Below are positions 40,349 to 51,056 of a stretch of 62,986 nt of DNA, piece after piece. The notes under the pieces are model-generated. The model was given only the letters and a program-made list of their open reading frames with translations. It ran no database searches and was not told where the DNA came from. Within the stretch, counting starts at the first letter, position 1. Each line of letters starts with the position of its first letter. Both the position numbers and the translations under genes were made by a program. Source of the stretch: an uncultured Paenibacillus sp. (lineage in GTDB: Bacteria > Bacillota > Bacilli > Paenibacillales > Paenibacillaceae); assembly GCA_927443375.1 (NCBI GenBank), contig CAKMKL010000050.1:1-62986 (forward strand), written 5' to 3'.

Positions 40349-40631
40349 GGGTGTCACCTCCTTCTTCGACCACAACGCCCCGCTCAATATATCTGGCCAG
40401 CGCTGTCGTTCCTATAAATGTTAGAATACCGATCACCAGAATGATTTCCAGGAAATCCTGTGTGTTCAGCTGCATGGAGACAACTGCTATGATGGCCAGT
40501 ACATGAATGCCGATCGTATCGAGTGCGGCAACCCTGTCGGAACGGGTCGGCCCTTTCAGGAGCCGGTACAGGCAAGCCAGCATTGCCAGAGCCAGAATCA
40601 CCAATGATGCAGTTAACAGGGCTGAGATCAT
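40338..40631 (-). CDS. mrpF: Mrp subunit F
   Basis: GPT..DRVAALD and FIGT.ALARY motifs. Confidence 0.92.
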   Translation of the reverse strand: MISALLTASLVILALAMLACLYRLLKGPTRSDRVAALDTIGIHVLAIIAVVSMQLNTQDFLEIILVIGILTFIGTTALARYIERGVVVEEGGDTHDR

Positions 40632-41107
40632 CAGCGGGTCACCTCCATAATCGCCTGCTCGAAAGTACCTCTAATCTGCGCAGCCAGCTCCTCTGCATCA
40701 GCAATATCAATAGCATGAATATACAGGGTCTTGCCGTCACCTGAAACATCTAACGTCAGTGTTCCCGGCGTCAGACAGATCAGGCAGGATAACAAGGTGA
40801 CTTCCCAGGCTGAAGTTAATGCAGTTTCATAAGCAAATATACCCGGACGTATAGCAAGTTTTGGACGAATAATATGACCGATCACAACAAAGTTTGAGAT
40901 AACCAGCTCACGGATAAAGATCAGCAGGAGCTTCAGCATGGCCCATAAGCGTTTAAGATAGAACGGCCGGGTCCAGGATTTTCGCAGGATCAGCAAAATA
41001 GCTATACCTAGCACATAGCCCACGACGAAGCTGGAACCCGAGCTATTGGTATTCAGCAGCATCCACAGAAAGGCTATCAACAGGTTAAACAGGATTTGTA
41101 TGGCCAT
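40631..41107 (-). CDS. mrpE: Mrp subunit E
   Basis: IRPGI, LTPGTL and LYIH motifs. Confidence 0.92.
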   Translation of the reverse strand: MAIQILFNLLIAFLWMLLNTNSSGSSFVVGYVLGIAILLILRKSWTRPFYLKRLWAMLKLLLIFIRELVISNFVVIGHIIRPKLAIRPGIFAYETALTSAWEVTLLSCLICLTPGTLTLDVSGDGKTLYIHAIDIADAEELAAQIRGTFEQAIMEVTR

Positions 41108-41112
41108 CTCCT

Positions 41113-42591
41113 CTACTCCTTCTTCATTACAGCTTCAATGTATTGCACGGGGGAGGCCAAAACTTCACCAGCCTGCGATACATAAGTAAATACGAGCTCT
41201 GATCCGATCCCCATGGCAATCACGAGGACTAGTAGTCCGCCAGCTACAGCCGAAGCCCATTTCAGGCTCACTTTAGGCTGTTCATTCTCTGGTTCATTTC
41301 CCCAAAAGGCCTGTCTAAACACCTTAATTAAGGAATACAGCACCAGGAAGCTTGATCCAAGACCAATGAGCGACAAGGTCAGCATGCCCGTATCCAAAGC
41401 TCCGCGGATGATCAGTACCTTGCCGGCAAAACCGCTGAGCGGCGGTATACCCACCAGAGCAAGCGTAAGGATGAAGAACATCCAGCCGATGAGCGGGTAT
41501 TTTTTGATCATGCCCCCCATGCGGTTCAACCGTTCAGTTCCCGCAGCAGATATAATTATCCCGCCCAGAATAAACATAAGTCCCTTCGCCAGCATATCGT
41601 GCAGCAGATAGAAGACCGTTCCGTCCAGTGCATCCCTGGTCCCCGCAGCAAGCCCAAAGGCCACAAACCCTACGCTGATAATGACGTTGTAGTTCAGAAT
41701 CCGGGGGATATCCTTGTAAGCCACTGCCCCCAAGCCGCCTAAAATCATCGTTACTCCCGCCATCCAGGCAATCCAGCTTTGGGTGAACCCCGGATCGTTT
41801 ACAAACAGCAGGGTGAACGTGCGGATAATTGCATATAACCCGACTTTAGTCAGCAGGGCGCCAAACAATGCTCTGACCGCTGCGGGAGGTGCACTGTACG
41901 ATCCCGGCAGCCAGAAGAACAGGAATAGCCCGGCCTTTAAGGAAAATACAATTAAAAACAAAACCGCAATCACATTCAGCACGCCGCCCTGCCCTGCTTC
42001 CGAAATACGCTGGGACAGATGCGCCATATTAAGCGTGCCAACCGCCGCGTAGAGATAAGCAACCGCTGCAACAAACAGTGTCGAGGATACGATGTTGATA
42101 AGCAGATACTTTGATGTTTCCCGCAGCTGGAGTCTAGTGCCTCCGATTGATATCAGAGCATAGGAAGAAATCAGCATCACTTCAAAGAAAACAAACAAAT
42201 TGAATATATCCCCGGTAAGGAAGGAGCCGTATACCCCGACCAGCAAAAATTGAAAGAACGTGTAGTAATAGAACCGCTCCCGCTTCTCACCTATACTGTG
42301 AAAGGAATACAGCAAAATCGCAAAGCTGACGACCGAGGCCATCGTTACCAGTAACACAGCAAACATATCACCTACAAAGACAATGCCGTAGGGAGGAGCC
42401 CAGCCCCCCATCTGCAAGGTTTGGATGCCCTCAGCGTGAACACGTGCTACCAAAAGCACGGCAATCAGGATATTCAAACCCCCGCTGACTGCACTAATCC
42501 CACGCTGGAGCCTGATCTTCTCTTTGAAGAAAATCAGAATAACAGCTGTACATAGAGGAATCAGAATCGGCAGCACCAGTAAATTACTCAT
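41113..42591 (-). CDS. mrpD: Mrp subunit D
   Basis: GGW.PPYGI, TGDIFNLFVFFEVMLISSY and LLTKVG motifs; AAGGAGG RBS before 42591. Confidence 0.93.
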   Translation of the reverse strand: MSNLLVLPILIPLCTAVILIFFKEKIRLQRGISAVSGGLNILIAVLLVARVHAEGIQTLQMGGWAPPYGIVFVGDMFAVLLVTMASVVSFAILLYSFHSIGEKRERFYYYTFFQFLLVGVYGSFLTGDIFNLFVFFEVMLISSYALISIGGTRLQLRETSKYLLINIVSSTLFVAAVAYLYAAVGTLNMAHLSQRISEAGQGGVLNVIAVLFLIVFSLKAGLFLFFWLPGSYSAPPAAVRALFGALLTKVGLYAIIRTFTLLFVNDPGFTQSWIAWMAGVTMILGGLGAVAYKDIPRILNYNVIISVGFVAFGLAAGTRDALDGTVFYLLHDMLAKGLMFILGGIIISAAGTERLNRMGGMIKKYPLIGWMFFILTLALVGIPPLSGFAGKVLIIRGALDTGMLTLSLIGLGSSFLVLYSLIKVFRQAFWGNEPENEQPKVSLKWASAVAGGLLVLVIAMGIGSELVFTYVSQAGEVLASPVQYIEAVMKKE

Positions 42592-42919
42592 TTTTGTCCT
42601 CCTTGATGCTGTCGATTTCATCGGTCCCCAGAGCCTGGTAAGAACGGTAAGCGAGTACGAAGTAGAAGGCCGTAACCCCAAAGCTGATTACGATAGAGGT
42701 GAGAATCAGCGCTTGCGGCAGCGGATCAACGTAAGTATCTGCTGAGCCCAGTACCGGCGCTGAGCCTTTTTTGAGTCCGGCCATCGTCATCAGCAGCAAA
42801 TGCACACCATGTGTCAGCAGGGAGGTTCCTAGTACAATGCGCAGCAGGCTTTTGGACAGGATCAGATAGACGCCTATAGTGAATAGAATTCCTACCGCAA
42901 CAGCCATTACGAGTTCCAT
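42584..42919 (-). CDS. mrpC: Mrp subunit C
   Basis: DPLPQALILTSIVISFG motif. Confidence 0.93.
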   Translation of the reverse strand: MELVMAVAVGILFTIGVYLILSKSLLRIVLGTSLLTHGVHLLLMTMAGLKKGSAPVLGSADTYVDPLPQALILTSIVISFGVTAFYFVLAYRSYQALGTDEIDSIKEDKNE

Positions 42920-45771
42920 TGTTTATCCCCTCCAATCGATAAGATGATGTTCATCGTGACACCCACCACAGCCAAATATACACCCAGATCAAACAGCACA
43001 GCCGTCGCCAGCTCTACATCCCCAAGGACAGGCAGATGAAAATGACCGAAAGCATGGCTTAAAAAAGGAGCTCCAAAAACAAAAGATCCTGACGCGGTAA
43101 GAATGGCAATCATGAGTCCCACTGCCGTCAGCAGCCGGTAATTAACAGGAAGGGCCTTGCGGACCCAATCCATACCGAAGGCAATCGCCATTAGAACAAG
43201 TGCGGCAGAAGCCATCAATGCGCCGATAAAACCTCCCCCCGGATGATTATGCCCGGCAAAAAACAGATACAGGGAGAAGATCAGAATAATAAGGACAATC
43301 CCCTTGGACATGGTCTGCAGGATCACATCATTGCTCCGCAGAGTCACAGCTGAGCTGACTTTGTCCCGATGCGGCTGCGGCAGATCTGCTTCCATTCTTA
43401 AATGGATCAGCCCGTAGATAGCCAGTGAGGCGATGCCCAGCACCATAATTTCAAACAAGGTATCAAAGCCGCGGAAGTCTACCAGAATGACATTGACAAC
43501 GTTCTTCCCTCCGGCCAGGCTGTAGCTTTCTTTTAAGAAAAACTCGGAGATGGGTTTAAAAGGACTGCTGCCCATAGCTGCCAGTGCGATCAATGTCATT
43601 GTAATGCCAACACCCAGCGCGATAATCAGATTGGGCAGCTTAAAGCGCAACGGCTCTTTCTGTTTCTTCAGCTTCGGCAGATACCGGAAACAGAGCAGGA
43701 ACAGAATGACCGATACGGTCTCGATAATCATTTGTGTAAGCGCAAGATCAGGCGCCCGGAAAAGGACAAACAGCAGCGTCACCATGTAGCCCACAGCCCC
43801 CGTGAACAGGATCGCGTTGACCCGCGATTTGGCAAAAGGTACAGCAAAGGCTGCCAGCAGCATGATGGCTATAACAACAGCTTCATAGAAGGATAATGGG
43901 GCATAGTGCTCCATCCCAAGGCTTATACCGGGTTCCTCCACCAGAACAGCAAGCAGCGCGATGATTAAAAAACTGAAAATGTACAGCAGATAATGACGGT
44001 TGGAGCCTGTCATATAGGCATCGGTCAGGCGACGCGATCCCTTTTCCAATAGCTGGAGTGATCCGTCATAGATGCGGTTAAGCGGATTGCGTCCGCTTGC
44101 TTCACGATCCAGTACCCGCAACCGGCTGTAACCTTTGAACAGGAGCGTACCTGCAGCTATAACGCCAAGTGTCATGAATATCTCCGGAGTCCAGCCATGC
44201 CAGAAATGGATGGAAACCCCGAAGTTTGCCCCTGGTGCCAGCAGCCCAGTGTGAATGGAAGCCACTGCCGGTTCAATCAGCGGAATGGAGACCAGATCAG
44301 GGAAGAAGGCAAACACAACAGCAAGTGAAATCAGTATCACCGGAGACAGTAAAAGGCCGAGCGGCGCTTCATGCGGCGCTTTATCCAGCTTGGCTTCCTG
44401 AAGCTTACCGCCGAAGGTCTTAAAGACGAGAATCATGCTGTATACAAAGGTAAACACACTGGCAAGCCAGGCAATTACCGGAAAGAACTGCATCCAGAAC
44501 CCTGAGCTCAGGATATCAAACTCGCGGATATTCAAGACGGAAGTAAAGAACATTTCTTTGCTAAGAAATCCGCTGAACGGCGGCAATCCAGCCATGGAGA
44601 ATGCTCCGATCACTGCTACTGAAAAAGTGACCGGCATGAGCGACATCAATCCTCCAAGCTTACGGAGATCGCGGGTACCAGTCTCATGGTCAATGATTCC
44701 TACAACCATAAACAAACTGCCTTTAAAAACGGCATGATTGATAAGATGAAAGAGGGCTGCTGTGGTAGCCATTGAATAGAAAACCGCTTCCTCTGAACCG
44801 GCATAGAAGGCTGCCACCGAGCCGAGCCCCAGCAGAGACATGATCAAGCCCAGCTGGCTGATGGTCGAGTATGCGAGCAAAGCTTTGAGATCGGTTTGCC
44901 TGATGGCTTGGAATGACCCGTAGATCAGAGTAAACAACCCCGTCAGGGAGACTAGCCAGAACCACTCCGATTGCCCGGCAAACAGCGGAGTGACACGCGC
45001 CACCAGATAGATCCCCGCTTTAACCATCGTAGCCGAATGAAGATAGGCACTGACCGGCGTCGGTGCTTCCATCGCATCGGGCAGCCAGATGTGGAACGGA
45101 AATTGGGCGGATTTCGTGAAGGCACCCAGCAGAATGAGGAGCATCGCCGGGATAAACATGGCGTTAGCCGTTAAGGTTCCCGCCTGCGCAACAATCTCGC
45201 GGATACTGTAGGTACCGGTCATTACATAGAGCAGATTAAATCCGGCAAACATCGCCAGACCGCCGAATACCGTAATGAGCATGGATTTCATCGCACCATA
45301 ACGGGATCTTTCCCGGCGGTGCCAGAAGGCGATGAGCAGGAATGACGATATGCTGGTAAGCTCCCAGAACCCGTACAGCACCATCAGATTATCCGACAGG
45401 ACAACCCCCAGCATCGCTCCCATGAACATTAACAGATAAATGTAAAACTGGCGGATCCCCTCCGTGTGCTTCTGAAGATAATAAATCGAATAGAGCACGA
45501 CAAGCGCCCCTATCCCGGTGATCAGCAGGACAAAGATCAGGCTTAGCCCAACCAGAACTAATGTGATGTCGATTCCAAGAGACGGCATCCACTAGAAATA
45601 ATTCCCGATCTTGTCCCCTGACTGAATTGCCGGGATCCTTGTCAGGAAATATAGAAACAGCGCCGCAGGCAGGGGCAGAACGATCCAGCCCATGTGAAAG
45701 CGCAGGTTTTTTCTAATCATCAGCATCAGCACAGCCAGTAAAAATGGAAGTAAGTTAATGACATGCAGCAT
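42907..45771 (-). pseudogene. mrpA: MrpA-MrpB fusion interrupted by an in-frame TAG at codon 60
   Basis: The frame continues upstream of 45588 (MLHVINLLPF...GWIVLPLP...NYF*WMPSLG); FWELTS and MEAPTPVSAYLHSA motifs; MrpB-like GHNHPGGGF C-terminus. Confidence 0.88.
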
Positions 45772-45815
45772 GGCTCAGCACCCCCCTTTATGATTAATTC
45801 TGTATAATATTCCCC

Positions 45816-46448
45816 TTAATGCGGCTTAACCCATTCGTTCTGTACTATTCTTAAGTATTGCGCCTCGCCATTTTCTACGATTTTAAACAGACCGGTATTA
45901 AAATCGGTGTCAAGCTCGCGGAAAAATACACCCTTAACCGGTTCACTTCCGGCCGCTTCTTCCGAGAGGACGTAACGGCCGCCATCTTTGACCAAATAAG
46001 CGGTAAACCCCTGCTCATGCGTCTGCTCAAGCAGCTCGGGATACCGCTGAACGGCCACAATGTGCAGGTCGGTCGGACCAAGCAGTTCCATCAAATCATT
46101 AATGAAGCTTCCGCGGGTAATCTCCTGCCATAGGGTCTGACTCGATTGCCCCATCACAATCTGGGTGATATTCTTTTCCCTGGCGGTCTCCACAATGACC
46201 TCAACTGTTTTTTTACCATTACATTTGCGGTTTAAAAATTGTCCGCCGGCTTCTTTTGTCTGGTTCTCCCAACCGGAAAGGTATTGCTGCTTCTCACGGT
46301 TATACTCATTGTCACCGGCTGAATCTACAGTAAGTACAGTCAAAGGGGCATGCAGCAGTCTGGCCAGCTGGCTCCCTCTTTGAATCAACCGCTGTCCGTG
46401 AGGACCATAATGCACACAAACCATGATGCTCTCATTGTTCATTTCCAT
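45816..46448 (-). CDS. Universal stress protein, KdpD-USP-like
   Basis: ESIMVCV...RLIQRG.QLA and ITQIVMGQS...W motifs; GGAGG RBS. Confidence 0.8.
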   Translation of the reverse strand: MEMNNESIMVCVHYGPHGQRLIQRGSQLARLLHAPLTVLTVDSAGDNEYNREKQQYLSGWENQTKEAGGQFLNRKCNGKKTVEVIVETAREKNITQIVMGQSSQTLWQEITRGSFINDLMELLGPTDLHIVAVQRYPELLEQTHEQGFTAYLVKDGGRYVLSEEAAGSEPVKGVFFRELDTDFNTGLFKIVENGEAQYLRIVQNEWVKPH

Positions 46449-46492
46449 CCCAAAGCCTCCGCATCAGTAAATTTTTCCCATTAAAAATACAC

Positions 46493-46518
46493 AAAAAGAG
46501 CCCGCTGTTGGCAGGCTC
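46493..46518 (-). terminator. Terminator inside the USP-mrp leader
   Basis: GAGCCTGC-CAACA-GCGGGCTC-TTTTT on the - strand. Confidence 0.8.
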
Positions 46519-46549
46519 CTCCTTTTCACTCCGTATACAATTAAAAATA

Positions 46550-46578
46550 ATTATATCGTCACCGAAGGAGAATGTAAA
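46550..46578 (-). promoter_or_regulatory. Sigma-A promoter
   Basis: TTTACA-17 nt-TATAAT. Confidence 0.75.
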
Positions 46579-46652
46579 GCTTACCGGGTGAATGCCTGGA
46601 TCGTGACGGGAATTATTATTCCCCCTATGAACCATTCAAATTCTCCCTTTGA

Positions 46653-47765
46653 TCAATTATTCTGAAGGGTATTATCACTATCCGCTGATATCAGATCACT
46701 TGCCGCCGTGTCCGGGTCAAGCCATACTTCGATCAATTCATGGGTATCCCGCACATCTTCCTCATCCAGAATATAGTACCATTGGTCTGTGCGTTTATCG
46801 GTGCCCTGCAGTATATGGCTGGTGATTAGCGGAGTGCCGCTTTCAAATATAACCTTCTTCGCCAGATCCAGCATAAAATCGGCTCTCATATTGGTTTTGA
46901 AATTGTTGCTGGCGAGCCCCATAATCTGATTAATATTAGAAATATTTCTTATTTTTCCCATTTGCTCTAAGACTGCCTTAAGGAATATCCTCTGTCTCTC
47001 TGTACGTTTGAAGTCCGAATCTTCACGATATCGTACGTACATTAAGGCTTCTTTACCTGAATAGATCGGTTTGTTCGGCTCAACACGAAGCTTCTCATGG
47101 GCCGGATTCTTGTTCTCAATAAGTTTCGTAATCGGCAATTCCACTCCTCCAAGTGCATCCACTACTTCCACCAATCCGTTAAAATTAATAGTAGCGTAGT
47201 AGTCTATCGGTGCATCCAGCAATTCCTCTACTGTATCCACACTCATTTGTGCTCCTCCGTACGAATGCGCAGCATTTATTTTCGTATTGTTTCTTGCTCC
47301 CTTTACATTCTCTGCCCCAACAATTTTAGTATAGGAATCCCGGGGAATTGAAACAAACAGGACTTTATTATCTTTTGGCCGGACCACAGTATAAATAATC
47401 GAATCGGACAGCCCATTCTCATTGTGCCGCTGATCTGTACCCAGCAGTAATAATGAGAATGGCGGAATTTTATCGAGCTTTGTTGAAGCATCAGTAATCT
47501 CATCGTTGTTATCTTTGAGCGGAACGTAAGAATTTTTAAGGGTACCTTCCACTGTTGGGGCAACAATGTGGTCAAAACCGAACATTAATAATTCCTTACG
47601 AAACACAAAGGACGATATACCTGCAACGAGAATGAAAGCTAGGATAGACAGCCCTATCTTCTTTTTCCGGTTACTTTGTTTTTCCGGTTTTTTCTTACCC
47701 GTTCTCTGTAATGATGATGGCTGAGCTCCATGGTTTCTTTTCATTTTCTGAACGAACCTTTCCAT
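46653..47765 (-). CDS. LCP (LytR-CpsA-Psr) family protein
   Basis: LLLGTD, SIPRD, KINAA, VDALGGV, YVRYR and DFKRTERQR motifs; N-terminal TM helix. Confidence 0.92.
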   Translation of the reverse strand: MERFVQKMKRNHGAQPSSLQRTGKKKPEKQSNRKKKIGLSILAFILVAGISSFVFRKELLMFGFDHIVAPTVEGTLKNSYVPLKDNNDEITDASTKLDKIPPFSLLLLGTDQRHNENGLSDSIIYTVVRPKDNKVLFVSIPRDSYTKIVGAENVKGARNNTKINAAHSYGGAQMSVDTVEELLDAPIDYYATINFNGLVEVVDALGGVELPITKLIENKNPAHEKLRVEPNKPIYSGKEALMYVRYREDSDFKRTERQRIFLKAVLEQMGKIRNISNINQIMGLASNNFKTNMRADFMLDLAKKVIFESGTPLITSHILQGTDKRTDQWYYILDEEDVRDTHELIEVWLDPDTAASDLISADSDNTLQNN

Positions 47766-47950
47766 TTAGAAATAAAAAATAGACAGACGAATAGGATTGA
47801 ATATTTCATAACACAAGGCTAATCTTACTATATTTTTACTCTATTTTACAATTCATTCACTAGCTGCTCCTTACACTTCCACCGGCGAACGCTAAAACAA
47901 AAATAGCCAAATCACTAACAAAGTGATCTGGCTTCTATCCTGATATTCAA

Positions 47951-48221
47951 CTAAAGTGCTCTTCTATTGCCCATAGCATCGGCTTTGGTCTCATGAACAG
48001 TTCCATATGGGTGCTCTGGAGGAGTATAAATTTCATACACCTTAAGGGGTATAGCGATCCCCCATCTGCACAAGACCTTTCCCCTCTTCAATACGTATGA
48101 ATTGATCCGTGCCGGGGTGGATCTCCAGACCGATATCCTCACCTGCATTGATACTCATTACGGTCATTTGCAAATGTTGTCCTGTCCATAGCGTTGTACG
48201 GTAGTTCTTATTATGTTTCGT
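47951..48221 (-). pseudogene. YrkC-like cupin remnant
   Basis: NYRTTLWTGQHLQMTVMSI..GEDIGLEIHP..DQFIRIEEG.G.VQMG, then a frameshifting deletion, then PLKVY.IY.PP.HP.GTVHETKADA; no start codon. Confidence 0.82.
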
Positions 48222-48255
48222 TTAGCTCTAACCGGAATGGGTCCAGCCTTCGTGA

Positions 48256-48525
48256 TCATCTGCTTTTAACAAGCAGCTCCACGGCCTCTTTGACCATTTT
48301 ACCTGGATCATAGTTACCGTTAGCCTGTTCTTCCAGAATACAATGCTGGAGATTCTCCGCAACGATTTGAGCCAGCGCTCTGTCGGAGGCGTTCCGGACA
48401 GCAGACAGCTGCGCAACTACCTCTTTGCAGGACTTTCCTTCATCCATTAACCGCAGCACGCCGCGAATCTGTCCTTCAATTCTCCGTAAGCGGGTTTTGA
48501 CTTCATCGGGATAGTTGTATTCCAT
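48256..48525 (-). CDS. CsoR/CstR-family (YrkD-like) transcriptional repressor
   Basis: RLRRIEGQIRGV...C.EVV.QLSAVR.A...NL..C pattern. Confidence 0.9.
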   Translation of the reverse strand: MEYNYPDEVKTRLRRIEGQIRGVLRLMDEGKSCKEVVAQLSAVRNASDRALAQIVAENLQHCILEEQANGNYDPGKMVKEAVELLVKSR

Positions 48526-48546
48526 ATCTGTTCATCTCCTCTTAAT

Positions 48547-48570
48547 TACTATACCTGTATAGGTATAGTA
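48547..48570. promoter_or_regulatory. CsoR-family operator
   Basis: TACTATACCT-GTAT-AGGTATAGTA perfect inverted repeat with ATACC...GGTAT core. Confidence 0.8.
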
Positions 48571-48596
48571 TAGATCAAAAGAGGGGATTGCACACG

Positions 48597-49868
48597 CTAA
48601 ATGTCCTGGATTTTTGTGCGCATAGAGTCGTCGATCCGATAGCCGTTCCCCTTAGGTAAAGTGATAAAGATGAAGAAGCCTATCAGAAACAGCGGAATAA
48701 TTGCTAAAATGCTAAAGCTGGCTTCACCCGTAACCGTTGTAGTCAATGACATCAGCGCTGGGCCGAGAATGGCCGCAAACTTACCGAAGATATTATAAAA
48801 CCCGAAGAATTCGTTGGAATTCTCCTTTGGAATAATCTTGGCAAAATACGACCGGCTAAGGGCCTGAATTCCGCCTTGGGCTGATCCGATCAGCGCACCG
48901 AGAATAAATACATGCCACACAGAGGTGATGAAGAAAGCCGCGATACAGGAGATGATGTAGGTGAAAATTCCGGCAATGATCATCTTCCGGGCAGAGTAGG
49001 TTTTAGCCAGATTTCCGTAGAGGATCGCGCACGGAAACGCAATAATCTGGATAATGAGCAGAATCCCCAGCAGCGTAAAGGTATCCAGGGCGTCTGTGCC
49101 CAGCACGGAAGTGGCATACGGCACCACCATCTTAATGATCGTATCCACTCCATCAATGTAGAAGAAATAGGCGAGCAGGAACACAAATACGATTTTGTGC
49201 TGGCGGATATTCATAAATGTGACTGCCAGCCTTTTGAAACTGTTCGCAACCGGCTTAGGTTCAGGCTCAATATAATATCTCTGCTTCACGTCTCTGATCA
49301 TGGGTACTGTGAGCAGCCCCCACCAGAGCGCCGTAATGATGAAGCCGATCTGGTAACCAATGGCTCTGTCCATCCCCATCACAAAAATCAGCAGCAGGCT
49401 GATCCCGAACGGAATGACACTGAAGATATATCCGAACGCGAATCCTCTTGTGGATACCTTATCCATTTGTTCATCACTTGTAATATCCACCAGGAAGGAG
49501 TCATAGAAGATATTGGACCCGGCAAATCCGATCGCTGACAGAATGTAAAAAGCAATCAGCAGCTGCCATTGCCCGCTTTCCGGAGAGATAAAGGCCAGTG
49601 AAGCCGTAGCCAGCACGCCGACCGCAGCGAAAAAAATAAAAAAGCGCTTTTTCCGGTCCTTATAATCCGCTATCGTCCCTAAGATCGGGCTGAGAATCGC
49701 TACTAAGATGCTGGCAATGGAATTAAAGTAGCCCAAATCCATACTGCTGTCCACATTCGTGAACATACCAAATACAATCGGCAGCAGCGCCGTAGTTACT
49801 GCCATCGAGTACGCTGAATTACCGCAGTCATACAAAATCCATGATTTCTCCTCTTTGCTCAGCTTCAT
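48597..49868 (-). CDS. MFS transporter (UMF1/Atg22-like)
   Basis: SWILYDCGNSAY, SPILG.IAD, FYDSFL and QALSRS...FFGFY motifs. Confidence 0.88.
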   Translation of the reverse strand: MKLSKEEKSWILYDCGNSAYSMAVTTALLPIVFGMFTNVDSSMDLGYFNSIASILVAILSPILGTIADYKDRKKRFFIFFAAVGVLATASLAFISPESGQWQLLIAFYILSAIGFAGSNIFYDSFLVDITSDEQMDKVSTRGFAFGYIFSVIPFGISLLLIFVMGMDRAIGYQIGFIITALWWGLLTVPMIRDVKQRYYIEPEPKPVANSFKRLAVTFMNIRQHKIVFVFLLAYFFYIDGVDTIIKMVVPYATSVLGTDALDTFTLLGILLIIQIIAFPCAILYGNLAKTYSARKMIIAGIFTYIISCIAAFFITSVWHVFILGALIGSAQGGIQALSRSYFAKIIPKENSNEFFGFYNIFGKFAAILGPALMSLTTTVTGEASFSILAIIPLFLIGFFIFITLPKGNGYRIDDSMRTKIQDI

Positions 49869-49955
49869 CTAATCTTCTCCTCTTTTAACCAACTGTTTCA
49901 GTTATATCACGTGAATATATGAAACATGTTAAAAGGATGTTAAATCATAGGTGAT

Positions 49956-51056
49956 TTATTTGTGTTGTTTCACTTTTGCCTTTAGAGACGATACTGCCAA
50001 CAGTAATAAGGGGATCGCCACCATATTTACCGGCAGCACATAGCGGATCCAGACACTTTTCAACAGCAATCCGGCCGGAGGATTTAGTATAATAACCAGC
50101 ATAGTAAGGAAGAAGGATACTGAAGCCACGCCCAAGAGGATCTTTTTCCAGCTGCGGGTCTTTCCGGTCCACTGTGCAAGCCCGTAGCTGGTAATGAACA
50201 TATAGATGGATAGCTTGACGAAGATGGAAACCAGCCAGACAGCCATCACAAAAATATCCATATTCTGAATAAACTCCATCAGATAGACCAGCTTAACCAT
50301 CTCAAAAAAAGGAAATTGCAGCCGTCCGCTTACTTCCGGACCGAAGGTCATGATGACCCAAAGAACGCCAAACAGCAGCAGTATCGTTGAGAAGGCTACT
50401 GCCAGGAGCAGCGCTTTTCGTGTTTCTTTGCCCGGATGCTCCACGAAGGGGAACAGCATCATGAGCAGGACAACTTCGCCCAGCAGCGATACCGGTGCAA
50501 GCGCTCCTTCCATAATGGGCCAGAGTCCGGTGTCTGCATAGACAGGCAGAAGCATTGGCCAGTTGAGATTATTGACGGTTAAACCAAAGGTTAGCAAGAG
50601 GATAACCATCAGGATAGGCCCCCACAGCTCACTAACCCTGCCAATCGCTTCAATCCCCCCGTGGTACACAGTATAGAATACCACTCCAATCATTGTTCCG
50701 ATAATTACCCAGGCAGGTGTCTTATAGAGGACACTCAAGCGGATGAACAAATACTCGTCACGAAGAATCAGACTCATTACCCAGAACCACTGGAGGAAAA
50801 AGGGGATGATTATCAGCTTCCCGGCCCATTTTCCCAGGATAACTGCACTGTACTCTATTAAGGTCTGCCGGGGATAGCGTGAACTGAGCTTGGCTGCAGC
50901 ATAGGTTATGAATAGCCCCATGATTCCAGCCACAATATAGGAGATCCATGAATCTTGCTTGGCACTCAGAATAGTCGCAGTCATCGTAATCAGCAGATTG
51001 ATTCCGATCTCCAGCATCATGATCATCCAGAACAGCTGCCGGTTGTTGATCTTCAT
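49956..51056 (-). CDS. Spore germination receptor B subunit
   Basis: AKQDSW, GGIEAIGR and EFIQNMD patterns; about 10 TM segments. Confidence 0.9.
   Translation of the reverse strand: MKINNRQLFWMIMMLEIGINLLITMTATILSAKQDSWISYIVAGIMGLFITYAAAKLSSRYPRQTLIEYSAVILGKWAGKLIIIPFFLQWFWVMSLILRDEYLFIRLSVLYKTPAWVIIGTMIGVVFYTVYHGGIEAIGRVSELWGPILMVILLLTFGLTVNNLNWPMLLPVYADTGLWPIMEGALAPVSLLGEVVLLMMLFPFVEHPGKETRKALLLAVAFSTILLLFGVLWVIMTFGPEVSGRLQFPFFEMVKLVYLMEFIQNMDIFVMAVWLVSIFVKLSIYMFITSYGLAQWTGKTRSWKKILLGVASVSFFLTMLVIILNPPAGLLLKSVWIRYVLPVNMVAIPLLLLAVSSLKAKVKQHK

Noticed and set aside
45592-45594. Pyrrolysine or alternative-code recoding of TAG
   Set aside because: TAG is used as a normal stop by several genes in this window (for example at 1013 and 19949).
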